From: Calcarisporiella thermophila CBS 279.70
Taxonomy: Eukaryota; Fungi; Calcarisporiellomycota
Length of the DNA: 64,000 nucleotides
Direction of reading: 5' to 3'
NCBI RefSeq assembly: GCF_041956535.1
Contig: NW_027192211.1
Coordinates: forward strand, 74,044 to 138,043
The notes below the pieces were generated by a model. It saw only the letters and a program-made list of their open reading frames with translations. It was not told the DNA's origin and made no database searches. Both the position numbers and the translations under genes were made by a program. Of this stretch, positions 11,249 to 25,506 are shown one piece after another. Numbering within the stretch: the stretch's first letter is position 1; each line of letters opens with the position of its first letter.

Positions 11249-13775
11249 ATGGTATCGTTATTATCCCCAACTCTCCATCCAACCGAGCAAAATATGCCCG
11301 TCTCAGCAACTAGATCCGGCCCGGTGCGGCCACCCAAATCGGAGCCCGCTTCCGAAACAAAGGCGGAAGATCTCCTGCCCAGAGCACAAAAATCTCTCGA
11401 AGACGAAGAAGGCTATCGACGAGGCCTTGTCATGATGACAGCTTATATCACAAATGCAATCAAACAGAAGGATAAGGTAATCTAGAAACAGCTAGGCTCG
11501 GTCGCCACCAATGCGAGCTTTACTGATCTCTTCTGATGCATTGCTTAGGGGCTATCCACTCCCTATGAAGAAATCATTCGCGAGCTCAGCATTAAACCCT
11601 CCGCCGACGACGCACCCACCCCCCTCAAGCTCCGGCAATGGATCCATGCTCTCTCGGGAAGCATCTCGCTACTCAACCGATCATGTTACTCATTAGTCCG
11701 CGCGATACTGGCCATCAACTGGTGCATGCGCGACAACAGTTTTGTGCGGGCGTATATCTCATTCTTGGGCGACTTGGTGTCGTCCCATGCCTACTACGTG
11801 GTCCCTGTGCAAAAGATGTTGGTGAAAAATTTGGCCTGGGGTAATAACATGGTCTTTTTTTTTCCGTCCAAGAACTCTAGAAACTTATTTTTTTTTTGAA
11901 TCTTTTATTTCCGGTGGCGAATATGCAGTGCCTCCTTCGTCCTGTCAGATCAAAGACACTGACGAAACCCTCTCTCGCACTGCCGTCTATGATCGTGTAC
12001 ATGCTGCTCTGCAATATGTCCTCACCCTGGTACCCACCGGCACCTCCACCCTGATGCCTATCCTGGTCGACGAGTTCCCACACAAGCGACAGTCCTTGCT
12101 GACGCATCTGTGCTACCTGAAAAACCTGTTCCGCATCCTCGAGTATTCGCCGATCTTGCACCCCCAGGTGATGAATCTCATAATAGATCGGATCATCCAG
12201 GTGGACGTGGAGATCCAGGTGGAGCAGGAGGAGCTGGACGACGACGAGGCGAACGGCGACGAGGTGGAGGTGTTTGAGTTGGACTTGGAAAAGGACGAGG
12301 ACGAGGACGCGGAAGACTCCGACAACGAAACCGACGAGGAGGAGGGCGCGGAGGGAGCAGACGACTCGGATGCCGACGACGACTCCGAGGGCGGCTCGGT
12401 GCTGGGGGAGGAGGGCGTGACCGTGCTCGACATCGAGAAGATGGTCCAGAAGCTAGACGGGATGCTTCTCCTGGTGTTCGACTACCTGACCCGGTGGTGG
12501 CGGGATGCACCGCTCGCCAAGCGCGACCAGATCTCGGACATGCTCCTGGAGATCTTCGACACCACCATCCTGCCCACATTCAAATCGCGCTACACCCAGT
12601 TCCTGTTCTTCTACTTCTTCTCCTTCGACCCGGCCTACCCCGACTACTTCCTCGGAAACCTGATGCAGATCGTGCACAACGACTCGCAGCCCCAGGTGAT
12701 CCGCATCTCTGCCGCCGCCTACATCTCCTCCTTCGTGGCTCGGGCCAAGTACCTGAACCCAAACACCGTGCGCTTTGTGGTGTACTCGCTGTGCAACTAC
12801 TGCTCCTACTTCTTGGCCAAGAACGAGTCCTCCGTCACCTTCCCAGACGCAAACCGCTACGGGGCGTTCTACGCCGTCGTGCAGGCCATCATGTACATCT
12901 TCTGCTTCCGATGGCGAATCCTGCGGAACGACGGGGTGGACGAGCAGGCCCATGCCCCCTCCACCCTGGCGATGAACACCGGCATGTCATGGCCCGTCCA
13001 GGAGGGGGGGGAGAGCGTCGTTCCGGCATTGAGTGCGGAGGACGGCGAGGAATTCGCGACCCCGACCCAGAAGATCTCCCAGCAGTGGTGTCCTGGCCTG
13101 CCCGATTTGCATCACATCCTGCTCTCACGGTTTAATCCTCTTAAGGTAGTTTCAGAATAACACCCCCTCTTACCAACCTTGTTTTCTGGGAAATTAGATT
13201 TGAACGATTTTTTTTATCTTCTCCATTTCTATCAGGTGTGCTCGCCTAATGTCGTCAAAATCTTTGCCAAACTGGCGCACGAAACCAACTTCCTCTACGT
13301 GTATCCAATCATCGAGAAGAACAAGCGTATGATCCTTCCCACCGCACCCTCAAGCTCGCCCTCCTACTCCTCCTCCAACCACTCCTCCCGCCCCTCCTCG
13401 GCAGCCTCCTCCGAACCCTATGCCTCCACCCCCCACTCCTCCAACAATTCCGCATCAAGGCGGCCCTCACCCGCCCACGACCTCGAGACATTTTTCCCCT
13501 TTGATCCATTCAGGCTAAAACGAAGCAGCCAGTTTGTGAACCGGCTCTATCAGGAGTGGCAGGATGACGACGACGAGGACGACGAGGATGAGGACGATGA
13601 GGAAGAGGAGGAGGAAGAAGGTCTGGTGGCAAAAAGTGCGGAGATGGGCGTGTCCGTGACAACAGAGGGGGAGGGAGAGGAGGAGATGCGCGGCGGATTT
13701 ATGGCCATGAGCATTAGTCCGGCCAAGATGTCGTTGGGAAGCCCGGGGGTACTTGGGGCCGTTTTCCGTTCTTGA
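11249..13775 (+). CDS. RRN3: RNA polymerase I transcription initiation factor RRN3/TIF-IA
   Basis: FPHKR, YLKNLFRILEY, IIQVDVEIQ, acidic loop, KLDGML, ILPTFKSRYTQF, FYAVVQAIMYIFCFRWR, FNPLK|VCSPNVV, FFPFDPF. Four exons. Confidence 0.95.
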
Positions 13776-14276
13776 GGATTGTGTTATTTTGTTTTTATTC
13801 TCGATCTTGCAATTTATTGTCTGCACTTTTTCTTTTGATTCTATTTTATATAGTCCATGGATCTCTTTTATGATTGAACTATTACAGACCCTGTCCTCTT
13901 TTGTACTATCTTATTACTTTTATAAAGTTGGTTCGATTTTCCTAAAGTTTATTGTTCCAAGATAATCCGTGTAGAAGAGGGGGAAGAGGGGTGGAATGCA
14001 GAGTCGGGGTATTCGAAATAATAACTAAATCGTTTAAACACAAATAGCTCCTAAAAATAATCACTACAAATTAGTATGGAGAGCTGGCACAAAACTATAT
14101 AAATAAAATGGAGAGGGTAGAAAGTTCACTATTATTATTAGGGGAGAATGAGGTCGGTAATGTAATCAGAAACGGCTCTTGTTAGCAAATAACGGTGATG
14201 AAAGCCTATATCCAGTCGCATGCATGAACAAACAAATGCGCTATGAGTAAAACAGGGGTCCTATTAGAGAGGGCGC

Positions 14277-15290
14277 TTAATCACGCTTGAGCGGCATGAC
14301 GGGGAGCTGGAAGAGCGACTGCTTCTCGCTATTAAGCAGTGCCGAGAGAGCATTGTACCCTGAGAGGGGAATGGTGAGTACCGGTAAAATCCATGTGACT
14401 GCGAAAGAGTCGGCAAGTCACTTACAGGCTATAATGGCGGTCACCACACCAAACCCGCCGCCGGCAACCTTGCAAGGGGCGCTGTTTTGAAAATCGGCAA
14501 TCGTGAGCAGAAGGAAGGTGATGAAGAGGAAGAAGAAGAGGGTGACAAGGCCGGCGCTACTGCGGTGGGATGCGACCAACATGATGCCAGTCTAGTAAGA
14601 AGGGGAGGGGAAGAAAGAGGTGAGGCTAGAAAAAGGACAGCGTCGGGAGCGAAGCTACGTACAAAGATGGTCCAGCCAAGAAGGTACTAGCGGTGAGGAG
14701 AGCAGGGGGAGAAAGGGAGAGATGGAGGTTAGCCAAAACATCACAACAAATCGAGTAAGAGGAATGGTTACAATCGCCTGAGCATGCTTGAGTTCGGAGG
14801 CGGGCACGTCGGCATACGCTCCCAAAATGCCGGAACCAGGGATCAGCATGGTGGCAAAGCTGAGCCAGAAAGCACCATAGGAGCTAGTAGGAGGGGGGGA
14901 GAGGGAGGAAAAAATAAAAGGCGTCCAAATTAGATCGGCCTGTCGCGGCTAAACATAAAAGGTAGTCAAATCAGGAGGAGGGGAAGAGATAGCTTGCCTG
15001 AACGCGGTTGCACCAAAAGTGTTCCCGGCCTTAAACTCCCACATCCCCGCAAGAAGCTGGGCGATCCCGCCGTAGAAGAGAGCCAAACCCACCACGACGT
15101 TGGGTGGCGTGGCGGCCGAGACCCCGGCGGATGCATTGTAGAGACTGAGCACAAACGTGGTGAGCGCAAAGCCGCAGAGGCCGAGGGGGGCAGGGTTGGC
15201 AATGGCCGGGGCGGCGGCCACGGGCGAGGTGGGGATCGAGGCGACGTCGTCCTTAGCGTAGTGGTTTTCGAGCTGGGACATGCTTGCCAT
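14277..15290 (-). CDS. ADY2: GPR1/FUN34/YaaH (AceTr) acetate/ammonia transporter
   Basis: Signature [39 protein letters not shown]|SYGAFW across a GC-AG intron. Ends PLKRD*. Confidence 0.93.
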
Positions 15291-16211
15291 GAGCTTGAGA
15301 TGAGACGGTTGAAATGGGCACAGAATTCGAGAGTGCGGAACGGAGATGCTCGGGTGAAAGCGGGCTAGTTAGGCAATGGGTGCGAAGGTAAAAAGAAGGC
15401 AGGTGGGAAATCGAGAAGGGGGAGGAGACGAAATGTTGGGAAGAAAGCGGGCCTCTCCATTTGAAACTGAGATTATAAATCACCTACAAAGCAGGTCCCC
15501 CGCAATAAGCTGGAAATTAGCCCGTCTTTTGTTCTTCCGACCCTGTGACACGCAATTCAAATGTTGGTCCAAAAAGAGTTAAGAGTAATGTCGAGATCAT
15601 ATCCCTGCATGGATTAGGAAACCCTAGTGGCCCTGCCAAGCCCCGATGACTTCAACTCTGGAACAGGCTTCATTTGGCCGCCTGAAGTAAAAATAACTTG
15701 GGTTTGGGTGCTTGCTGGGAAAGCTTCCCCCTCTCTCATCCTCTCGGCCCCGCATTCAAACCGGTTGGCATCGCCTTCATCGCTTTCCGTACCACCGGCT
15801 TGCGGGTTGGAAAGAAGCCGGAGACAAGGAATGCGCAGCGCAGGCCAGGATGCTTGCGACGATTTCAAGTGTGCTTGGAACCCCCCCCCCCCAAATTTGT
15901 TGGGAAGCTTGCCCAGAATATTGTGGAAGGGTCACTTGTGGGCCGACCGCAGTCCTTGCAGTGATAACGCGGCAAAAAAATTTTTTTTCACTTTTATTGT
16001 TCGGGGTTCAACGAAACAAGCATACGAGAGAGAGATGTACGGGAGGTGTAACGGGCACACAAAAGCTAATCCCCGACTTGGTGAAAAATAAAAATTAAAA
16101 AAAATAAAGCAAACAAAGCACATGAACATGGACAATGAAATAATAAAAAAATAAAAATAAAATGGACAAAATAAAATAAAAAAAAGAACTACACAGCCAC
16201 CCAGCCCTCCT

Positions 16212-19200
16212 CTAGTGTCGAGGCGCAGTGGGGGCGTTGTCGGCAAATTTCGTAAAGTCCACCAAAGGCTCGAAGCGAAGCACGCTGTTGGCGTCCTCGC
16301 CAGGACCAGGCGTTAATGAGCGCTGCTCCCGCGCGGCATTGGCGGCGGCTTGGGTGGCGGCGATCGCCCGCTCGCGCATTCGCTTGATTTCCCGCACGCG
16401 CGACCGCCAGTTCACGGAGTAATCCCCCAGCCCCGCCTGCTCCAGGAACACCTGCGAGAAAATGCTCGCATGCAGCGCGACCTGGCGCACAAACGCCGCC
16501 AGAGCGTCCCCCGACACCATCTTAAAGTCGGACGCGGGCCCGATTTCGGGCATGTCCGGCCGACGCTGGACTTGCACCTTGAAGAACGTGTTGGCGCCCG
16601 TGTCCATCCTCTCCGTGCCTAGGTGGTGTCGCTGCGAGCCGTCGGTCGAGTGGGGCGAGATCACGACGTTGATGAGGTTGAACTCGCTTGGGATGGTGTC
16701 GAGGCGGAACTCCGTTCCCGAATCGTTGTACACGATGCGGACGCAGTTGTTCCCGATATGAAGCTTCTTCTGCAAGCAGATCGGGTCTGCCTCCAGGTTC
16801 GTGGGCATCAGGGTGGCGACGTGGAAGATGATCTCGGTGATGTCGTCGTACCAGTAGTAGGTGTACTCGCCGTCGCGCTCGTAGTTCAGGCCCCCGGTGT
16901 TGCGCCCCCTCCACTCGCGCAGACTGATCAATTCGCCAAGGGAATCGAGGAAGCGCACATACTCCGGCGACCCGTGCACATTGGCCAATATATCCACCTC
17001 GTCAGTCTGCCCAGGGCCAACGTACAGCACGCCGATCTTGTGGAAGTCGACCACCGATGCTCGGTCGAGCGAGTTGAGGAGCCGCTGGGTCGTCTCATCG
17101 TCGGGAAGGGGGCGAGGAATGTCGGTGTTCACCGAGAGCTCGGGATGGGTCGACAGCTGCAAAAACAGGTAGCCAGGGTCGAGGGCCGAATCGTCCTTGC
17201 GGAAGAGCGTGCTTGCCTTATCGCTCAGCTCCGGATCCGGGTCCGAAAGGATCGCCGCCATGAAGCCGTCGAGTTCCTCTTCATTGGTGTCGTCCTCTTC
17301 GCAGGGCTCCCGACCTTGCCGTACGCGGTCTCCATAGGAACTGCGACGCACCGGAGAGGATGCAGCGGACACCACGCGCGCCCCCTCCGGTTTGAGGGTT
17401 GAGCTTCCCTGGGGTTGTGATCGAGTGTGCAGCACATCGGCTATACTGCCACTGTATGCTCGCGGACGAGACCCAATAGTTTGATGAGAGATGCTTGAAA
17501 ATAGATGTTCTAGTCGTGTTCGTGAGCTTGCCTCATCAGCTCCCGATCTGACCTTCACAGATTCATCAGCCTCTTCGGTTTTCCCATCACTATTGGGTCC
17601 AGAGCCGGCCTCACTGCTGGACTGGCCGTCGACATTCTCGTCTTTGGCTCCCGCACCTGTTCCATCCGAGCTCTCAAGCGAACCCTTCTCCCTGGCATCT
17701 GCGCTGGACACTAAGCCAGGCTTATTAAACTTTTTCGGGTTTCGATGCAACATCAATAGTGCAGGCAACGTCTTGAATTCAGTGGTGGTGCTCCGTTGGG
17801 GATTGCCTACTTTCAGAAGGAAGGTGGACGCGCCCGACGCACGTCTTACGGTTACTTCCGCCCAGCCGAGCGTGCGTGCCGTGCGAATCGTGATGACCGC
17901 CTGGTCCTTCACCCATGTACGACTGATTACATCTGATTTCGAACTCTCAGCTAGCAACAGTTGCGTCACCGGATTCTTTTCGGGTCGAGGCGCATAGTTC
18001 GCGTAAGTGTATCGCTGCAACATGTCGAAGCAAGCCTGGGTATAGTCATCAACGCGTTTGGAGATTTCTCCCGCGTTGAGTAACCCGCGCACAATGAAGG
18101 GAACATATTTCCGGCGCTCTGATTGCCTCAAGGACATGAACCAGATGCTGATCACATGGTATGCCATGACCATTTCGTATTCGACGAGAGCGCTTGCACC
18201 CACGGACCGCGGTTGGCCTAAACTCCCCCCCGTGCTTCTTGAGTTTCCGGAAGGCGAGCTAATGGAAGGGGTAGCCGAGGGAGAAGGGGTGGTGTGAGCA
18301 GAGGAGGTATATGCAGCGGCAATTGCGTGGCTGTCCTGAATATATTGGATGGCGATGGCGAAGATACGCCGGAAATCGGCCTCGGTCAGATTTGCATAGA
18401 GTCGGGGTAGGCGGGCCAGTGCCGACAAAAATTCCAAGATGTGAACACTGATCTTCGCGCTCGTGATGATCTGTGCTAATTTGGTGAGCGTGGCCGGAAG
18501 TTGAGTTGCCATAGACATGGGCAACTCTACGCAGCAGATCATGAGAGCGTGAATGCACGGTTTCGCAGCTAGCGGTCGTTTCTGTAAACCCTCTTGGAAT
18601 GCATGCACGAGCTCGAGCTTGTGCGATTTCGAAAAATGCCGTCGGTAACTAATCAGCGTGGTGAGTGTTTGGTAGGCGACGACGTGCAATTCATCCTTTT
18701 TTATTGTCAGCGGTAGATCGACAATCCCCTCGGTGACACGGTCATTGCGAATCCAGTTGTAAAATGCCGCGCGCAGCTTCAGCACTGATTCGATGGCACC
18801 ACAGAAGAGATGCTTGTTGCTGAGCTGTACGGGCAGGTGATATAGAATGTACACATATACAACCCAACTTCGCTCGTCACTTAATCGCTTAATAAGCGCT
18901 TCAAGGTACAATCCTATAGGAAGCACCGCCTTTGGAATCGATTTAGGTGAGGCTTCCAGTTTGTCTCCGGCCTGGCCTTCGTGGTCACCCTCGCCTACGT
19001 TCCCATCTCCTTTTCCATCTACCTCACTAGGTGGTTCAACTTCACCAAGAAGAGTTTTCGAATTTGGTGCTTGTGATGACAGTGGTGCCGCGGCGGGTTC
19101 GTATGAGACAAAATACGGACTCGCTCGTGACATCACTAGTGAGCACCGATTGCTTCTCCAAGCTACCCACTGCTCAATCGCGGGGGACTCTGGAGCATCC

Positions 19201-21747
19201 TCTTCGATCATGTTTCCCGCTTTCCACGATATTGTTCCACCCGAACTCACTGATCTCGCGCTATGATGTCGCTCAAGGCCAGTGGTTCGAATTGAAGGCG
19301 GAGGAGAGCGAGTAGAGGTTATTGTCGCACCTTGGAAATCAGGGCTCAACGTATGGCTTGGGTTTTCTCGAAGACTTGTTGTACGTTCTAGCGTAGTACT
19401 GAGCTGCTGCGTGCTCACAGCTCCCCTTTCGGGTTTTGAGCCGGTACTACTGGTCCGGGAGATGCCATCTGCTCCTCTTGGAGAAACTGGTACACTGGAG
19501 CTAGTGCCAGGCCCGAAACGGTCCAGCAAAGAATCCGGTAAGATCCCCTCGTCTGGATGCCTTGCAAGATATAATCGATGGTTAATATCTACACGGATTG
19601 CCATCGCGGCATCAAGTAGAGCAAGTCTTGAACTCTGGTGGGCAAGTGGCGATTCAATCAACTTGATAAGGGTGGTGAACAACTGCATACCCCGCTCGAT
19701 CTTCGGTGAATACAGACAGCTTTCGAATAAGCGGATGAACCCAGTAGAGGCGGTGAGAGAGTGGCATAAAGAGTTTTTCGGGTACATAGAGGAGTGTGAA
19801 ATCAGGGTAGAATACGAGAATCTCCGTGGTATCGAGGGGGAAGACGGTCCCGAGGAAGAGCGCTGCACATGGCTGTGTGGCATTGGCGAAACTACGCATT
19901 TACAATGGATACACTGCAGCAAAATATCAAGCAGTTTCGGGAACCAGACATCATTGCAGCCACAGCAGACATCTACAAGGAAATCAACAGCCTTGGAGGC
20001 GATCTCCGGGTCTTTCTCGGTAGTTAGGCAGGAAAGTACTGGCAGAAGCACCACCTCCGTGAGCTCATCTTCAAACACATCTTTGGACACCTCGTACACG
20101 TCGACCATGAGGCTAAATATGCGGGAACGTACGCTGAATCGAGTTCGCTCATCAATGAAAAATGCCTGCACTGCCTCGGTTAGAGTCTGAAGCCAGTTTA
20201 CTTCGACTGGATATATAAGCTGTTCATGTTGATAGTGTTCTAATAGGGAAAGGACAGAGCCCTCTGAAAGATATCGGCGCAGCTTGTGCACGAGTTGCAT
20301 AAAGCGGTCGTAAGGGCCATCATAGGTCGATAGTGTGTGCATAAATTGAACATGGTGGATAAGTCGTGCAAGTCCATGCAGGAATACAAGCCATGGGTCG
20401 CTTTCTTCAAGAAGCTCATCCGATGTGTTTAGAACAACATTGGCAGGGGTGGGGGCGAGGTTGCGACCGGATTTGTCTGCGTCGAAGAGGTAGTGCAGAA
20501 CATTCTCTGCAATATCATAGATTATTTCCCAGTCGATCAACTTAAGCTTCCCTTCGTGTTGCTCGATAAGTAAATTGATACTTTTGAGGATCTGAGCATC
20601 AACCTGGAGGCGGCGATATTTCGTCGCATAGCGAAGCGAGATCAAGAGTGTGTTCAGAGAGAAGTAGAGCTCGGAGACTTGGTAGGCATCGCTTGAGACC
20701 TGGGTTAAAAGCATCACTGCGGTCCGAGCGAGTGTGTCCGGAACCTCAGTGGGGTCACACTCGATTGTTTTGCACAAACACCGAATAGCATTCAGACCTC
20801 CGTGGTTCTTTAAAAGATTCTTCATCACAGCCCAACTCTGTTTGGTAAAATGTTCAAAACTCGAGAGATGGCAGAGCATGCGCACAAAGCTCGTCATTGC
20901 TGGCACGGGAACAAATCCAAAAGGCATGACAATCTCTGCAAATTCAAGGCACACAGTTCGGTCGTGGTCATTTTTAGTTCGTAGACACGCCTCTGCTACA
21001 CCATCAATTAACGCCTTCATGTCTGTATCCTCACAGCAAGCAGCATTGAACTTCACAATGTTTGCGATAAGTTTGACAATGGGCTGAAGGTATGGGATTG
21101 TATTTGAGTCCGAGACGGGGGGCATACTTGTAGTCGTACCTGTCAGCGACTCTAGTTGAGGGAGATAGGACATGGACGTTAGTTTAGCTAGCTAAATAGG
21201 GTATATTATAACCATACTTACTTCTCTCAGAGTCAAGGCGCAGAGCAGCGGCTAACCAATCGCAGAGTAATTTGGGAATATTTTTCTCAAATCCAGATAC
21301 ATCCCTTCCGTTTCGCGTCAGCTCCCGCAAGGCTGCGAATCGATCCTCAAAGTCATCCCACGAGAAATTCTTCCGAATATCGCGATAAAACACGGCTCGA
21401 GTCACGGAATTCAACTCATTGGCATTCCCCTGATGGCAGGCAACGATAAATTTAAAGCATATTTGTCGAGCGTTTGCGGGGCTTTCAGGAGATAGCATGC
21501 TCGCTAGTGCGGACCAAACGGCGTCTATATCCACAATTGGATATTTCTTCACTATTTCACATAATTCTTCAACCACTTGTATGCGCTTCGTGGGCGATGT
21601 TGTAGCATTGAGTGCCTGAATAATGTTCTTGGCGTATAGCGGTCTACTTGAAGATGCTTGTGAGATGCCAAGCGTCTCAGAGAGCGAGGTGTGTGATGAT
21701 GGACGCGGGAAAAAACCCAAGAACAATTTACGCGACCTCTCCGACAT
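16212..21747 (-). CDS. TSC2: Tuberin (Rheb GAP)
   Basis: N-terminal HEAT-like region, tuberin domain (VHILEFLSALARLP, MAYHVISIWF), C-terminal Rap-GAP domain (HKIGVLYV, IIFHVATLMP, KKLHIGNN). One intron ~21221-21152. Confidence 0.95.
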
Positions 21748-23089
21748 TGGCTAATCACGCAATTGAATTTAACGTGATAGGTTAAAAGCAAATTACGTCT
21801 GAAGCAGATGGCGTATGAACCTACTTGTGTCCTTTAGACAAAATCTGGATTAAAGGAGAAATAAATTAATAATCTGTACACAAAATAGTACATCATCTTT
21901 CCCTAGTGTGTTTATTGCAAATATTTTTGGTCATTAAATACCTTTGAAAATCAGTGTAGATTGAACATTGGACAGGTATATGTGGATCGATTTGGTTTTT
22001 TTTTTCCGCTGATCTCTTTTTCACCTAAAGCGACTGTCTTTCCTATACACCATGTTTAGTGATTAAAATTGGAATTTTGTGACTGTCTTCTCGAACCTTG
22101 ATAAATCAAGCTAAATTAGGACAGGAGTAATGGTGGGTCGTAATGATCTAATTGAATTAAGACCTGTTCTGATATAAATCGAACAATGGATAGATCTTTA
22201 GTACTTAATAAATTTCATCTAATCCTCCCTTAATAGAGCCAACGTTGGTATCAATTATTCTACTTGTAAGCCTATATAACAGTTCTTACATGACGTAATC
22301 ATTAATAGAACAATTAAATTATCTTAATCACAAATACTTTTTGCATGAAAGTTATACGAGCATGTGAATATTTTACTAAACCACAATAAAATCTAAGGGT
22401 GGCATCTATACTGTAATCTTTACACCAATATCGAATAAGGGTCATCTTATTCGCTATAATTCCATTCTATATTCTTATTAGTTAAAGTATTTATAAAAAT
22501 ACTGTTTAGGGCTATCTGGTTTAGAGTAGGTTAAAGAGATAATTTCACGGTCCATTTCTTAATTTTGCTCCCTATAACGTACCTATTAAGGACTAAAAGA
22601 GATACAGAGTATCCAATTGCTAAAGACCTGAACATCCTAAAATTTGTTCATATATAATCCATCTCATGCTATTTCAAAGTCTGTATGGATTTGATAAAAC
22701 TAGGCGTCATTGCTTTAGTTATGACATAGCCTTGTTAGATGGAATAGCCTGAAAACTAGTATTTGACCTTGCTATGGCCTCGATTACAAATCCATTATTA
22801 CTCGCTTTGGTGTTGTCACTCACCGTTAAATTATTTTTATCAGTAGGCAGGTTTATTTCGAACTGCTCTGCTTGAGAGCCGATCTTCAATTCTCTCCAAT
22901 AAGAATCGATCCCCCTACTTTTTTTCAGTCCTATGTGTAGGCAATTTCAGGTGCTTCATCTATATTGAAATAATAGGAATCTATATACTTTCACCTTTCT
23001 CTTCCAAAAAAAAGTATACCCTATGATAGTTTCTTTAACACCTTTTTATTTTTCTTTAGTTTGTACTTGGCCGATTCTTTTTTATATTA

Positions 23090-25193
23090 ATGGCTTGCCT
23101 AGATATTGCATATCAAAATATCCAAAAATCACATTCTAAAGGTTATCCACTACTTCCTTCGCCAAAGGAAAGGAAGTTGGAAGAGATTTCTCGCTTTGAC
23201 CTTGGTGATAACCCCCCATCTCCAAGCCCTCTTATAAGCACCTCTGCCAGGTCGTTCATCATTAGTTCTAGTCTCAACCTCGATATACCCCGGAATAGAA
23301 GAGCAAAAGCATGGTACGGTTTGATAGTAATTGTATTAGTAAATTCTTGTGGGAGTATATCTTGGATGACCTTCTCTGTGGTTTCACGGCCCACGATGAG
23401 TATCTTCGATATATCTTACACGGCATTCAACTGGTTGAGCAATTCTTCAGCAATCGTGTTTGTCTTGCTTTCCTTCTTCACCAGTTTTTTCTATGATCGA
23501 TTTGGGATCAAGAAAGTGGTAAGGGATTGTTAATATAACTACAAAATTTTTGGTTCATATCAATTCAAAATCTTGTAAGATTATATGGGCGAGCCTCCTT
23601 AGCATTCTCGGGTGCGCTATCCGATATTTTTCTACCTATATTCAAGATCGAATACTTCGATATGTGGTACTGATTATCGGTCATGTAAGCTCTATCGTAA
23701 AATTCAACTTTTGAGGCGTTATTAATAAAATACACCCTTAATTCTAACGATAGGTGATATGCAGCTGCACAAGCCCTTTATCATTGAACGCATCTACAAA
23801 AGTAACATATCAAGTGATTTTTTTTGGAATATATAGTATTTATTATACCATTTTATAACAGTATGCAGGCTATTGGTTTGATGCTAAATCTCGAGTGACA
23901 GCAAATATGCTCACAAGTATATACAAACTTATTCACCTTTCACGGATCTTATCTAAAATTTCACCAAAATAGCGCTTCCTGTCGGATCAATGGCTGGCTC
24001 TCTCCTTATTCCTCAGTTGGTACCTAATCCAGAGTCAGTGCCGCTAATGGTAATTAATTTGAACGAGTTAGCTATGATAGTTAAGTTGATATTGTCTCAC
24101 CAGTATTTTTATTTTAGCTGTTAATTCTCACATTGACATCATTGATCGTAGCGCTATTCACTTTCTTCATGCCGGTTACACCGCCTACCGTTAACAGTGC
24201 CTCCGGCAAATCACAGCGCCTTAACTTTTACAGTGGACTTCGTCAAATAGCCCGAAACAAACAGTTTTGGCTTCTGGTTTTCATATTCAGCGTGAATCAA
24301 GGACTTATCAATGCATTCTCAACTCTATTGAACCAAATATTATCACCATATGATTACTCTGACAAAACAACCGGAATGATGGGATGCTTATTAATAGGAA
24401 TCGGTTCAGTCGGAATGAGTAATTTTACCTTATATATGACTATCAATCTTTCTGCTAAAGTTTAGCCCAAATTGATAGTGCTGTCAGGATTTATCGTTGA
24501 CCGTACCGGTGCACACAAGAAATTCTTAAGAACCTTCACACCACTCATGGCTGTTACTTACTTTGGATATTGTTGGACAATTAAGCCAGATGCCTTTTGG
24601 TCAATCATAATTAATATTTCTCTCAACGGCATCGCATCATTAATTCCGGTGCCGATAACACTAGAGCTTGGAGCAGAATGTGAGTACACCTGTTCATATA
24701 TCTCTCAGCAAGTGTACTTATCTTGCATTTCAAAGGCACTTATCCATGCTCTGAATCAACATCAACTTCCATTCTATGGCAGGTTTCGCAGATATTTGCC
24801 ATTATTTTTGTTACCATCGAAGACAGACTTCGAGATCCAAACGGAATCCCACCCAACAACTATAGTGCAGCGCTAACTTTCCAAGCCTTTGTCGCATCAA
24901 CGGCCGGGATTCTGGTGTTTTTTTACGATGCTAGGAATTTGCGCTCAGAAAACGAAGCCGAGTTGAAACTAGAGCTATCCGAACCATCTACTCTAGTAAA
25001 TTCAATAAATGGGGTAAATATGTCGGAGCTTGCAAAAAAAGAGGATGCCAGACCTTCTCCTGTAACCCCTCATTCCAGAATACCAGTATTTACATATGAG
25101 CCTGCACCAAACCCGTCCGAGAGGTTTAGTTCGGTACCTCAAAGATCAGCATCCCTACAGCCCTGCCAAGCGTTACTTAAAACACCGACATAA
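23090..25193 (+). CDS. MFS transporter, SLC49 (FLVCR/MFSD7/DIRC2)-like
   Basis: Multi-exon hydrophobic protein. WYGLIVIVL...SWMTFS, YDRFGIKK, WFDAKSRVTAN, FSTLLNQIL, ELGAE|CTYPCSES. Confidence 0.8.
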
Positions 25194-25506
25194 TGTAAAT
25201 CCATATTTTTTTTTTCGCCTACCACCATTTTATCTTATTGTGGGCTGTAATTTTCAGATATAAACGCACTTAGCGTGTCTATATAGCTATGCTTGATTTA
25301 TATATATTCGAGTATTTACTCTATATATATTACGAGACTTCATTGGGTTATCTCAACTTAAAACTGCTTTCCACGCGATTATTATTGTAAATATGAAATA
25401 AACGAATCCTGAGAGAGCAGGGACCTTTATTATAATGGTAATATTATACACAATTTATAGCTGGAATTATGCTGATTTACAATATAAATAAATTAGCGGT
25501 AGTGTT

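Noticed and set aside
12113-13135. Long antisense/alternate-frame ORFs in RRN3 (also in TSC2 16228-20190)
   Set aside because: By-product of high GC3 and codon bias.
22000-22950. AT-rich gap with short protein-like fragments on minus
   Set aside because: No identifiable family; multiple stops.
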